From: Clostridia bacterium
GTDB lineage: Bacteria; Bacillota; Clostridia; UMGS1840
Direction: 5' to 3'
Assembly: GCA_045540295.1 (NCBI GenBank)
Contig: JAZQGY010000029.1
Span: 22,401 to 86,400 of the forward strand
DNA: 64,000 bases
Below the pieces are notes generated by a model. The model searched no databases. It was not told the DNA's origin and was given only the letters and a program-made list of their open reading frames with translations. Below are positions 28,234-35,799 of the stretch, one piece after another. Within the stretch, counting starts at the first letter, position 1, and each line of letters starts with the position of its first letter. A program made the position numbers and the translations under genes.

Positions 28234-28665
28234 TTACAGTTTATCAATATCTGCTTCGGTAATTAAGTGGAAGCCGGCTTTGGTTAAAGCATCTTCTGCT
28301 TTTTCGTTATCTGCCACTCTTAATACCACATAGGCGTGTTTTTCGGTTCTTGCCATAAATGCATACAGGTATTCCACATTGATATCTGCCTGGTCCAAAA
28401 CTTCCAGGGCGGAGGTGAGCTTACCGGGTTGGTCTCCGATTTTTACACCCACAACATCCACGGTTTTATAGAGGTGTTCCTGTTCTTGTAACACAGCTTC
28501 TGCGGTTTTCACATCGTTTACAATCAGACGCAGAATCCCGAAGGCTTCGGTTTCTGCAATAGAAAGCGCGCGAAGATTCACTCCATTTTTTGCTAAAACA
28601 TTGGTGATAGATGCTAAGCTACCTTTTTGATTTGCTAAAAATACAGTTAATTGCTTGATTGCCAT
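28234..28665 (-). CDS. ACT domain-containing protein (tandem ACT)
   Basis: 143 aa with two beta-alpha-beta-beta-alpha-beta-like halves (LTVFLANQKGSLASITNVL...). Typical partner of PaaK-like ligases. Confidence 0.72.
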   Translation of the reverse strand: MAIKQLTVFLANQKGSLASITNVLAKNGVNLRALSIAETEAFGILRLIVNDVKTAEAVLQEQEHLYKTVDVVGVKIGDQPGKLTSALEVLDQADINVEYLYAFMARTEKHAYVVLRVADNEKAEDALTKAGFHLITEADIDKL

Positions 28666-28683
28666 ATGAAAAACTCCTCTCTA

Positions 28684-29991
28684 TTACACTAATTTACGTT
28701 TGTCTACCACACGAACAGCTTTGCCTTCGCTTCGAACAATGGTTTTCGGTGCTACCAGATGTACTGCAGGATTGATGCCAAGCATGGTCTTCATTGCATT
28801 GGCAAGTGTTTTTTCCATTTTTAAAACTTCTGCAACTTTATCGGTGAACTGTTCGGGAGACATTTCTACGTGAACATCGAAGGTGTCGGTATTGTTCTTT
28901 CTGTCAACCAAGATTTGATAGTTGGGCTGATAGCCTTCGTTTAACAGAACGGTTTCAATCTGAGAGGGGAACACGTTCACGCCGCGGATAATCAGCATGT
29001 CGTCGGTTCTGCCCATAGGTTTCGCCATTTTTACCAAAGTTCTGCCACAGGAGCATTTTTTACGGGTCAGCACACAAATATCACGGGTTCTGTAACGGAG
29101 CAGGGGGAATGCTTCTTTATCCAAAGAGGTGAATACCAATTCGCCTTTTTCGCCTTCGGGAAGCACTTCTCCGGTATCGGGGTCAATAATTTCAGCATAG
29201 AAATGGTCTTCGTTGATATGCATACCGGTTTGTTCGCTACATTCAAATGCAACACCGGGGCCGGAGGTTTCGGTAAGACCGTAAATATCGTAAGCTTTAA
29301 TGCCCAGGGTTTCTTCAATATTGTGACGCATTTCTTCAGTCCAGGGTTCCGCACCGAAAATACCGGCTTTCAGAGGAATGTCTTCCGGCTTGTAGCCTTG
29401 TTCCTTTAAGGTTTCGCCAATATATGCCGCGTAAGAAGGAGTGCAGCATAGAATGGTTGCGCTAAGGTCATTCATAAACTGAATTTGACGCTCGGTGTTT
29501 CCGGAGGACATAGGTAGCGTTAAACATCCAACTTTATGTGAGCCACCGTTTAAGCCGGGGCCACCGGTAAACAGTCCGTAACCGTATGCAACCTGACAAA
29601 CATCCTTGTTGGTGCCGCCTGCTGCCGTAATTGCACGGGCACAGCAGTCTTCCCAGAGGTTCACGTCATTTTGAGTATAAAATGCTACCACACGGCGACC
29701 GGTTGTACCGGAGGTGGACTGAATACGCACACATTCGTCCAACGGTTTTGCTAACAGTCCGTAGGGATATGCATCTCTTAAATCTGCCTTGGTTAAGAAG
29801 GGAAGCTTATGTAAGTCTTCAATCCCTTTGATATCTTCGGGTTTCACGCCTTTTTCATCCATCAGATTACGGTAGTAAGCAACATTTTCGTAAACGTGTT
29901 TTACCTGCTTTACCAGTTTTTCTGATTGCAGTTTTTTCATGTCTTCGGGGTTCATGGTTTCAATTTCTTTTTGGTAGTAGTTCTGAGCCAT
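28684..29991 (-). CDS. paaK: phenylacetate--CoA ligase family protein (PaaK-like)
   Basis: 435 aa. Motifs: LPFLTKADLRDAYPYG, SSGTTG-type STSGTTGRRV, GLTETSGPG, and C-terminal RSEGKAVRVVDKR. Confidence 0.85.
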   Translation of the reverse strand: MAQNYYQKEIETMNPEDMKKLQSEKLVKQVKHVYENVAYYRNLMDEKGVKPEDIKGIEDLHKLPFLTKADLRDAYPYGLLAKPLDECVRIQSTSGTTGRRVVAFYTQNDVNLWEDCCARAITAAGGTNKDVCQVAYGYGLFTGGPGLNGGSHKVGCLTLPMSSGNTERQIQFMNDLSATILCCTPSYAAYIGETLKEQGYKPEDIPLKAGIFGAEPWTEEMRHNIEETLGIKAYDIYGLTETSGPGVAFECSEQTGMHINEDHFYAEIIDPDTGEVLPEGEKGELVFTSLDKEAFPLLRYRTRDICVLTRKKCSCGRTLVKMAKPMGRTDDMLIIRGVNVFPSQIETVLLNEGYQPNYQILVDRKNNTDTFDVHVEMSPEQFTDKVAEVLKMEKTLANAMKTMLGINPAVHLVAPKTIVRSEGKAVRVVDKRKLV

Positions 29992-30048
29992 TGGTCATCA
30001 TCCTTTCTTTTTTTGTGATTCTGGATTTCGGCTCACGCTTTTTAGAAT

Positions 30049-30327
30049 AAAAAAACGCCCTCCGCAATCCGTTATCGGATACAGAGGACGAAAATAACAT
30101 TTCCGTGGTACCACCTCAGTTCGTCGCTATCTCACGGTAGCGACCTTATCAGGTACTATCATACCTTAGTTCTATAACGGGAACACCCGTTGCATCCTAC
30201 TTAAAGATTTCTCTTGTTCAGTGCACTGCTAACAGAAGGAATTCGAGAAGGAAGATACCATTGTCTTGCACCAACCGACAACTCTCTTTGCGGCTCTTTC
30301 CAACCTACTGGTTTCTGCTCATCGCAT
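30049..30327 (-). promoter_or_regulatory. T-box riboswitch leader (apparent specifier UUC, Phe)
   Basis: Minus strand carries GCGATGAGCAGAA, S-turn AGTA/GAA, AG bay AAAGAGAG, distal loop GGTTGGTGCAAG and T-box ACTGAGGTGGTACCACGG (30120-30103). Terminator is CGTCCTCTGTATCCG...CGGATTGCGGAGGGCGTTTTTTT. Confidence 0.85.
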
Positions 30328-30349
30328 TTATTATTTAGTTGACACATTA

Positions 30350-30378
30350 ATTTTAGCACCATCATTTTCAAATGTCAA
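30350..30378 (-). promoter_or_regulatory. sigma-A promoter of the paaK T-box leader
   Basis: Minus strand TTGACA (30378-30373), 17-nt spacer, TAAAAT (30355-30350). Confidence 0.7.
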
Positions 30379-30411
30379 TACCTTTTTTGAAAAAAATACC
30401 ACACAAAACTG

Positions 30412-30446
30412 AAAAAAGAGTGTTGCAATTGCAACACTCTTTTTTT
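30412..30446 (-). terminator. intrinsic terminator (copy 2 of the repeated palindrome)
   Basis: AAAAAAGAGTGTTGCAATTGCAACACTCTTTTTTT. Ends the prsA-like/proS/membrane-protein unit. Confidence 0.85.
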
Positions 30447-30452
30447 GCTTGT

Positions 30453-30911
30453 TTAATAGTGATAAATCCAAGAAGATTGCACTAAAAATGTGTATGGTGC
30501 AGTAGCTACGGCAAATGTAAGCGCACACCATAACCGCACTTTTTTATCACAGTCTTTAAAGGTGATGAAATAATTGGAAAGAAAAATGTAGACTGCGGAA
30601 ATCAAAAGGGCAGGAACAGTGATAAACCATTCGTCTCCCATTCGGACACCGGGCAATTCTTTAATCACACAAAAGAAGAGCAACACACTTCCAAATAAAT
30701 CGGAAAGTAACCCGAAACCGTAAACTTTCCAGATTCTTTTCCAAAAAGATTGCTTGATTTCTGCAAATTTAAAAATCTTCAGCAAAAGAAATAATACGAA
30801 ACCGTCGACAATAAAGTTTCCGATGAGAGTTAACCCCCAACCGAGGGGAGAAAGCTTCAGAAGCATCCAAAACGGGAAAAAAACATTGTATAAGGTGATG
30901 TCTTTTTTCAT
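30453..30911 (-). CDS. polytopic membrane protein, function unknown
   Basis: Start MKKDITLY at 30911, 1 nt after the proS stop, which suggests translational coupling. The longer ORF would overlap proS. Confidence 0.5.
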   Translation of the reverse strand: MKKDITLYNVFFPFWMLLKLSPLGWGLTLIGNFIVDGFVLFLLLKIFKFAEIKQSFWKRIWKVYGFGLLSDLFGSVLLFFCVIKELPGVRMGDEWFITVPALLISAVYIFLSNYFITFKDCDKKVRLWCALTFAVATAPYTFLVQSSWIYHY

Positions 30912-30912
30912 T

Positions 30913-32343
30913 TTAGTATGCTTTACCCCAGTAGAGCATTTTTTTGGCAGGCTTTCCGCAACATACACATTTGTCGGAGATTTCTTCCTGCTCGAAGGGG
31001 ATACAACGGCTGGTAACGGTGGTTTCTTCTTTGATTTTTAGTTCACATGCTTCGTCGCCACACCACATGGCTTTAATAAAGCCGGGTTTGTTTTGTGCAA
31101 TGTCTTTTAATTCATCAAAGTCTCTTGCTACGGAGGTGGTTTCTTCTCTGTGCTTTAATGCTTTCTGGAACAGTGCATCCTGGATGGTAGCAAGCATTTC
31201 TTTCACTTCTTCGGCAATGTTGTCTAAAGATACCACTTTCTTTTCACGGGTATCACGACGAACTAAAACTGCCTGATTGTTCTCAATATCCTTGGGACCT
31301 AATTCAATTCTCAGCGGTACACCTTTCATTTCGTGTTCCGCAAATTTCCATCCGGGAGATTTATCGCTGTCGTCTAATTTTACGGTGAAATCGGAAAGCA
31401 TTTCCTTCACTTCACGGCATTTTTCCAAAACGCCTTCCTTATGCTGTGCAATGGGAATCAATGCAACCTGAATGGGTGCAATGTTGGGAGGCAGAACCAG
31501 ACCGGAATCGTCGCCGTGTACCATAATGATGGCACCGATCAGACGGGTGGAAACACCCCAGGATGTCTGATGAACATTGGTTAACTTGTTGTCTTTCCCG
31601 GTAAATTCAATGCCGAATGCTTTGGCGAAGCCGTCACCGAAGTTATGGGAGGTACCGCTTTGCAGAGCTTTACCGTCATGCATTAAGCTTTCGATGGTGT
31701 AGGTTGCAACTGCACCTGCAAATTTTTCTTTATCGGTTTTTTGACCTTTTACCACGGGAATTGCTAAGTACTGTTCGCAGAAATCAGCGTACACATTCAG
31801 CATGCGGATGGTTTCTTCCTGAGCTTCTTCAGCGGTAGCATGTGCGGTGTGACCTTCCTGCCATAAAAATTCGCAGGAACGAAGGAAGGGACGGGTGGTT
31901 TTTTCCCATCTTACCACGGAGCACCACTGGTTATATAATTTGGGTAAATCTCTGTAGGATTCAATAATATTAGCATAGTGATCGCAGAATAAGGTTTCAC
32001 TGGTAGGACGCACACAAAGACGTTCTGTGAGTTTTTCATTACCGCCATGAGTTACCCAGGCAACCTCGGGAGCAAAGCCTTCTACGTGGTCTTTTTCTTT
32101 ATTTAGCAGACCTTCGGGAATGAACATGGGCATATACACATTTTCATGTCCGGTTTCTTTGAATTTCTGATTCAATACCTTCTGAATGTTTTCCCAAATG
32201 GCATAGCCGTAGGGACGGATAATCATACAGCCTCTTACAGAGGAGTAGTCAATTAAGTCTGCTTTTTTTACAATGTCGGTATACCATTTTGCAAAATCCA
32301 CATCCATAGATGTGATTTCGGTTACTAATTTTTTGTCTTGCAT
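30913..32343 (-). CDS. proS: proline--tRNA ligase (short archaeal/eukaryote-like type, about 476 aa)
   Basis: Class II motifs, a C-terminal Zn-binding-like CxxC...CxxC region (WCGDEACE...CVCCG) and a terminal ...YWGKAY. Confidence 0.93.
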   Translation of the reverse strand: MQDKKLVTEITSMDVDFAKWYTDIVKKADLIDYSSVRGCMIIRPYGYAIWENIQKVLNQKFKETGHENVYMPMFIPEGLLNKEKDHVEGFAPEVAWVTHGGNEKLTERLCVRPTSETLFCDHYANIIESYRDLPKLYNQWCSVVRWEKTTRPFLRSCEFLWQEGHTAHATAEEAQEETIRMLNVYADFCEQYLAIPVVKGQKTDKEKFAGAVATYTIESLMHDGKALQSGTSHNFGDGFAKAFGIEFTGKDNKLTNVHQTSWGVSTRLIGAIIMVHGDDSGLVLPPNIAPIQVALIPIAQHKEGVLEKCREVKEMLSDFTVKLDDSDKSPGWKFAEHEMKGVPLRIELGPKDIENNQAVLVRRDTREKKVVSLDNIAEEVKEMLATIQDALFQKALKHREETTSVARDFDELKDIAQNKPGFIKAMWCGDEACELKIKEETTVTSRCIPFEQEEISDKCVCCGKPAKKMLYWGKAY

Positions 32344-32360
32344 GGTTTTATATTCCTTTC

Positions 32361-33665
32361 TTATTTTTCAGGTTGTTTAAAATAATCACGGTTTACAACA
32401 GTATTGATGTATGCTGCGGTAACGGATAAGTCTTTTTGAAACTGTTCTTCTGCATAACCGGCATGCAGTTCATCTTTTACTTCGGTGTAGGGAACACCGT
32501 TTTCGTAGTCTGCTACCTTTTTTATGATGTGATATCCGTATTGACTTTTTACAACATCGGAGATTTCACCTTCTGCTAAGGCAAGGGCGCCGTTGTAAAA
32601 TTCGGGGACCATATCGCCTTCACGGAAGATGTATCCTTCAGGATAGGTTTTGGAACCGGGATCTTCGGAGTATTCTGCCATCAGCTTATCAAAATCTTCG
32701 GGATTCTTTTCAAGCTTTGCTAAAATTTCTTCGGCAAGTGTTTTTGCACTGTCGTCTTCCGTTTCCATAATTAAAATGTGTTTTGCCTTCATCCATTTGC
32801 CGGAGGCATACTTTGATTTTGCCAACTCTGCCTGCAACGCTTCTTCGCTGGGAACATAATATGCTTTTGCGGCATCAATATCAATTTCATACTGATAAAA
32901 TAAAGCTTTTACGAAGAGTTCTTTCATCAGTTCCTTGTTTTGAATTTGCAGTTGGTCAAAGAGAACATCAATCTGATTTGATTCTAAAAATGACGAATAG
33001 TTTTCATCAGTTACCATTTTTTCGCCCAGCAGGGCTGCAGCTCTTAAGTAGGTAATATCCATTTCAGAAAAAGATCCGTTAAAAGTTAAGAAATTATATA
33101 AATCCTTATAAACACTACTGTTTAACATTGTTCCGTCGTAATATAATACGTCGTCTTCCTGGAAGGCAATGAATTCTGGGGAATAAATTTTAATCGCACC
33201 AATGGTGGGGTCTTCAAAAATATGGCAATGCAGTGTGTCATAGAAAAACTGGAGTGGAACATAGGTGGTTCCCTTGTATAAAAAGTGAGGAGTTTCAACC
33301 ATTTCACCGTTCACACGGATGGTTAAATCGTCTTTATGAACCATGAAGCTTGCAGCTTTTGGTGTTGGGGGAGTCCGATATTCCATGCTATTGAGTGTCG
33401 GCTCCTGAGTTTTTGTGGCAGAAAGGTCGATGCTTCTGTCGTCGTTCCAGGTGATTTCATAGCCAAAGCCTTCGCTGACTGCCCGAAGTGGCATAAACAA
33501 GTTGTTATCAATTGCATAGTTATGTGCATCCATATAGGTTCCGTTAATGCTGATATACATATCATCCTGGTATGCAGCAATTTTTTCTTCTGCTGCAAAG
33601 GCAGGCAGAGAAAATAACATGGAAAGTAACAGTACCCAGCCAACAATTTGTCTTAATTTTTTCAT
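32361..33665 (-). CDS. secreted parvulin-type peptidylprolyl isomerase (PrsA-like) with N-terminal copper-amine-oxidase-N-like repeats
   Basis: Signal peptide ...SLPAFA|AEE. Two xIxVNGxxV...PLR-type repeats. C-terminal parvulin block KAKHILI...GYHIIKK. Confidence 0.72.
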   Translation of the reverse strand: MKKLRQIVGWVLLLSMLFSLPAFAAEEKIAAYQDDMYISINGTYMDAHNYAIDNNLFMPLRAVSEGFGYEITWNDDRSIDLSATKTQEPTLNSMEYRTPPTPKAASFMVHKDDLTIRVNGEMVETPHFLYKGTTYVPLQFFYDTLHCHIFEDPTIGAIKIYSPEFIAFQEDDVLYYDGTMLNSSVYKDLYNFLTFNGSFSEMDITYLRAAALLGEKMVTDENYSSFLESNQIDVLFDQLQIQNKELMKELFVKALFYQYEIDIDAAKAYYVPSEEALQAELAKSKYASGKWMKAKHILIMETEDDSAKTLAEEILAKLEKNPEDFDKLMAEYSEDPGSKTYPEGYIFREGDMVPEFYNGALALAEGEISDVVKSQYGYHIIKKVADYENGVPYTEVKDELHAGYAEEQFQKDLSVTAAYINTVVNRDYFKQPEK

Positions 33666-33770
33666 CAGTTTATAATACCTCCCGGAGAATAGTTTTTAAC
33701 TAATGTATTATAGCAGATTTTTTTTAGTTTGTCTATAGCATTTGTAAAAGATTTTGCAGATTTTTTGCAT

Positions 33771-33810
33771 AAAAAAAGCCAAATCCGAAGATTTGGCTTT
33801 TATCTTTTGT
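33771..33810. terminator. bidirectional intrinsic terminator
   Basis: AAGCCAAATC-cgaa-GATTTGGCTT flanked by an A-run and a T-run. Confidence 0.8.
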
Positions 33811-33815
33811 TCGAT

Positions 33816-34655
33816 TTACGCTTTGCCGCTGGAACCAAAGAGAATCATTTTTTCTCTTACAATTTCCTGAACGGATTTTTTTGCAACCTGCAGAGCAATT
33901 TCAAAGTTGGTGTTTTCATTGAATGCGAAGGTGTATGCTCTGTGTGCTGCCATACACATTTCAGTACAGATGTTAACTTTTCTGATACCGTTTTTGATGG
34001 TGTTTCTGAAGTCATCATCACTTAAACCGGAACCGCCGTGCAATACCAACGGTTTTTCTGCGATATCATAGATTTCTTTTAATCTGCCGATATCCAGCTT
34101 CGGTTTTACTTTATACTGACCGTGTGCAGTACCGATTGCAACAGCTAATGCATCAATGTCTGCACGACGGATGAAATCGTTTACCTGGTCCACATTGGTA
34201 TACATTGCTTCGTGACCGTCATCAGCGCCGCCTTCTGCACCGCCAACATGACCTAATTCTGCTTCCACACTAACGCCTAATGCGTGTGCAATTTTGGAAA
34301 TTTCTTTGGTGTTTGCAATGTTTTCTTCATAGGGCAGAGCACTACCGTCATACATAACGGAGGTGAAGCCGCCTTTCATTGCGGTTAAGATTTTTTTGTA
34401 GTTGGTACCGTGGTCAAAATGTAAGCAAACGGGAACGGTTGCTTCTTTTGCGATTTTATTCATAATATGGCAAGCATAATCAAAGGGAATCACAGGAAGA
34501 TGAACTTCTGCAACCCCTAAGATAATGGGGGAGCGTTCTTCTTCTGCAGCATCAATAATCCCTCTTGCCATTTCTAAGTTCAGCATGTTGAATAAACCAA
34601 CGCCATACTTCTTTTGTTCGGCATCTTTTAAAATTTCTTCTAAAGTTACCAGCAT
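33816..34655 (-). CDS. fba: class II ketose-bisphosphate (fructose-1,6-bisphosphate) aldolase
   Basis: 279 aa. HFDHG metal site, LHGGSG, and a GVGLFN N-terminal region. Confidence 0.82.
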   Translation of the reverse strand: MLVTLEEILKDAEQKKYGVGLFNMLNLEMARGIIDAAEEERSPIILGVAEVHLPVIPFDYACHIMNKIAKEATVPVCLHFDHGTNYKKILTAMKGGFTSVMYDGSALPYEENIANTKEISKIAHALGVSVEAELGHVGGAEGGADDGHEAMYTNVDQVNDFIRRADIDALAVAIGTAHGQYKVKPKLDIGRLKEIYDIAEKPLVLHGGSGLSDDDFRNTIKNGIRKVNICTEMCMAAHRAYTFAFNENTNFEIALQVAKKSVQEIVREKMILFGSSGKA

Positions 34656-34751
34656 TTCTTTTCGATCTCCTATCTATAAAATGTAAATAATAAACCATAG
34701 GATGCCTGACTTAAACTGCCAAAATTCGCCTATTTTTCATTCAGCGGTTTT

Positions 34752-34780
34752 ATTATAGCACATCAGTTTTGAAAATGCAA
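34752..34780 (-). promoter_or_regulatory. sigma-A promoter of fba
   Basis: Minus strand TTGCAT (34780-34775), 17-nt spacer, TATAAT (34757-34752). Confidence 0.55.
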
Positions 34781-34922
34781 TAGGAAAACCGAAAAAAATC
34801 AAAAATAACCAAAATAAAACAAAAACAATCAAAGAAAAGCAAAAAGAACACGAAAATAAATAGTTGAATCTATAGGGAAGATTTTCGTTATCCTTCAAAT
34901 CAAAGCTGTTTCATGTCAAGAC

Positions 34923-34997
34923 TGTCATTCTGAGGGAATATATTGACCGAAGAATCTCAGTGTTTTTGTAGGATTCTTCGCTTTGCTCAGAATGACA
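34923..34997. repeat. nested palindromic (hairpin) repeat element
   Basis: Outer arms TGTCATTCTGAG/CTCAGAATGACA (12 bp) and inner arms CGAAGAATC/GATTCTTCG (9 bp), all perfect. Confidence 0.8.
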
Positions 34998-35059
34998 ATT
35001 TTTGAAAGTGTGCTCCAATCAGTATTCCATAAAGGATTTTTTGATTCTTAAAAAAATAC

Positions 35060-35088
35060 TTGTATTTTTTAGTAATCTGTGATATAAT
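35060..35088 (+). promoter_or_regulatory. sigma-A promoter of the candidate structured RNA
   Basis: TTGTAT (35060-35065), 17-nt spacer, TATAAT (35083-35088). Confidence 0.55.
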
Positions 35089-35094
35089 GTATAT

Positions 35095-35298
35095 GCTACA
35101 TTTTTACTCAGTTTTTATAAACAGAGAAATATTATTTTGCCCAGAGGGTACGCTAAGTAAAAAGCGTACGCTCTTGTTTCATCATACTCTGGGCGAATTT
35201 GTCTGTGTTATGAAGTAAAAGTGTAGCAACTTACAGAAACGGAGTCAGTACGTTTTTTGGTGCGTGGCTCTGCTTTTAAGTAGGCTACGCACTTTTTT
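35095..35298 (+). ncRNA. unclassified structured RNA / cis-regulatory leader upstream of a SLOG (DUF1273) gene
   Basis: 14-bp closing helix 35095-35108/35214-35227, with inner helices ACAGA/TCTGT, GCCCAGAG/CTCTGGGC and GTACGCT/AGCGTAC. Followed by terminator GTGCGTGGC...GCTACGCAC+TTTTTT (35260-35298). Confidence 0.45.
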
Positions 35299-35315
35299 AT
35301 TTGGGGTATGACAAT

Positions 35316-35774
35316 ATGAAACGAGTAACCTTTTGCGGACACCGGGAGCTATCTTTGAAAGAAAAATCTTTTTTAGAGATACGATTGTATTATGAATTGC
35401 AGATATTGATTAAACACGGTGCCGAGGAGTTTTTGCTTGGCGGTTATGGTGACTTTGATTTGTTGTCTGCAAAAGTGGTCAAGCAATTAAAACAGAAATA
35501 CCCTCATATCCGATCTGTTTTGGTACTTGCTTATTTGCATCAGAGGTATGAAGAAGATTTATATGATGAGATTGAATATCCACCTTTGGAAAAGGTTCCA
35601 AAACCACTTGCAATCATTAAACGGAATGAATATATGGTAAAACAATCGGATACCATTGTTTCCTATGTCATATACAGCTTTGGTGGTGCAGCACAAACAT
35701 TTCAATTTGCTCTGAGAAATCAAAAAACTGTCATTTGTATGGCGAACTGTAACAAAAAAGGAACTGATTTTTAA
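35316..35774 (+). CDS. SLOG-fold DUF1273/YpsA-like protein
   Basis: N-terminal VTFCGHR motif (the TGHR type of the DUF1273 family), GGYGDFD, about 150 aa. I prefer the ATG at 35316 over the TTG at 35301. Confidence 0.65.
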   Translation: MKRVTFCGHRELSLKEKSFLEIRLYYELQILIKHGAEEFLLGGYGDFDLLSAKVVKQLKQKYPHIRSVLVLAYLHQRYEEDLYDEIEYPPLEKVPKPLAIIKRNEYMVKQSDTIVSYVIYSFGGAAQTFQFALRNQKTVICMANCNKKGTDF

Positions 35775-35799
35775 AATAATCAGCTCCTTTTTTCGTTTA

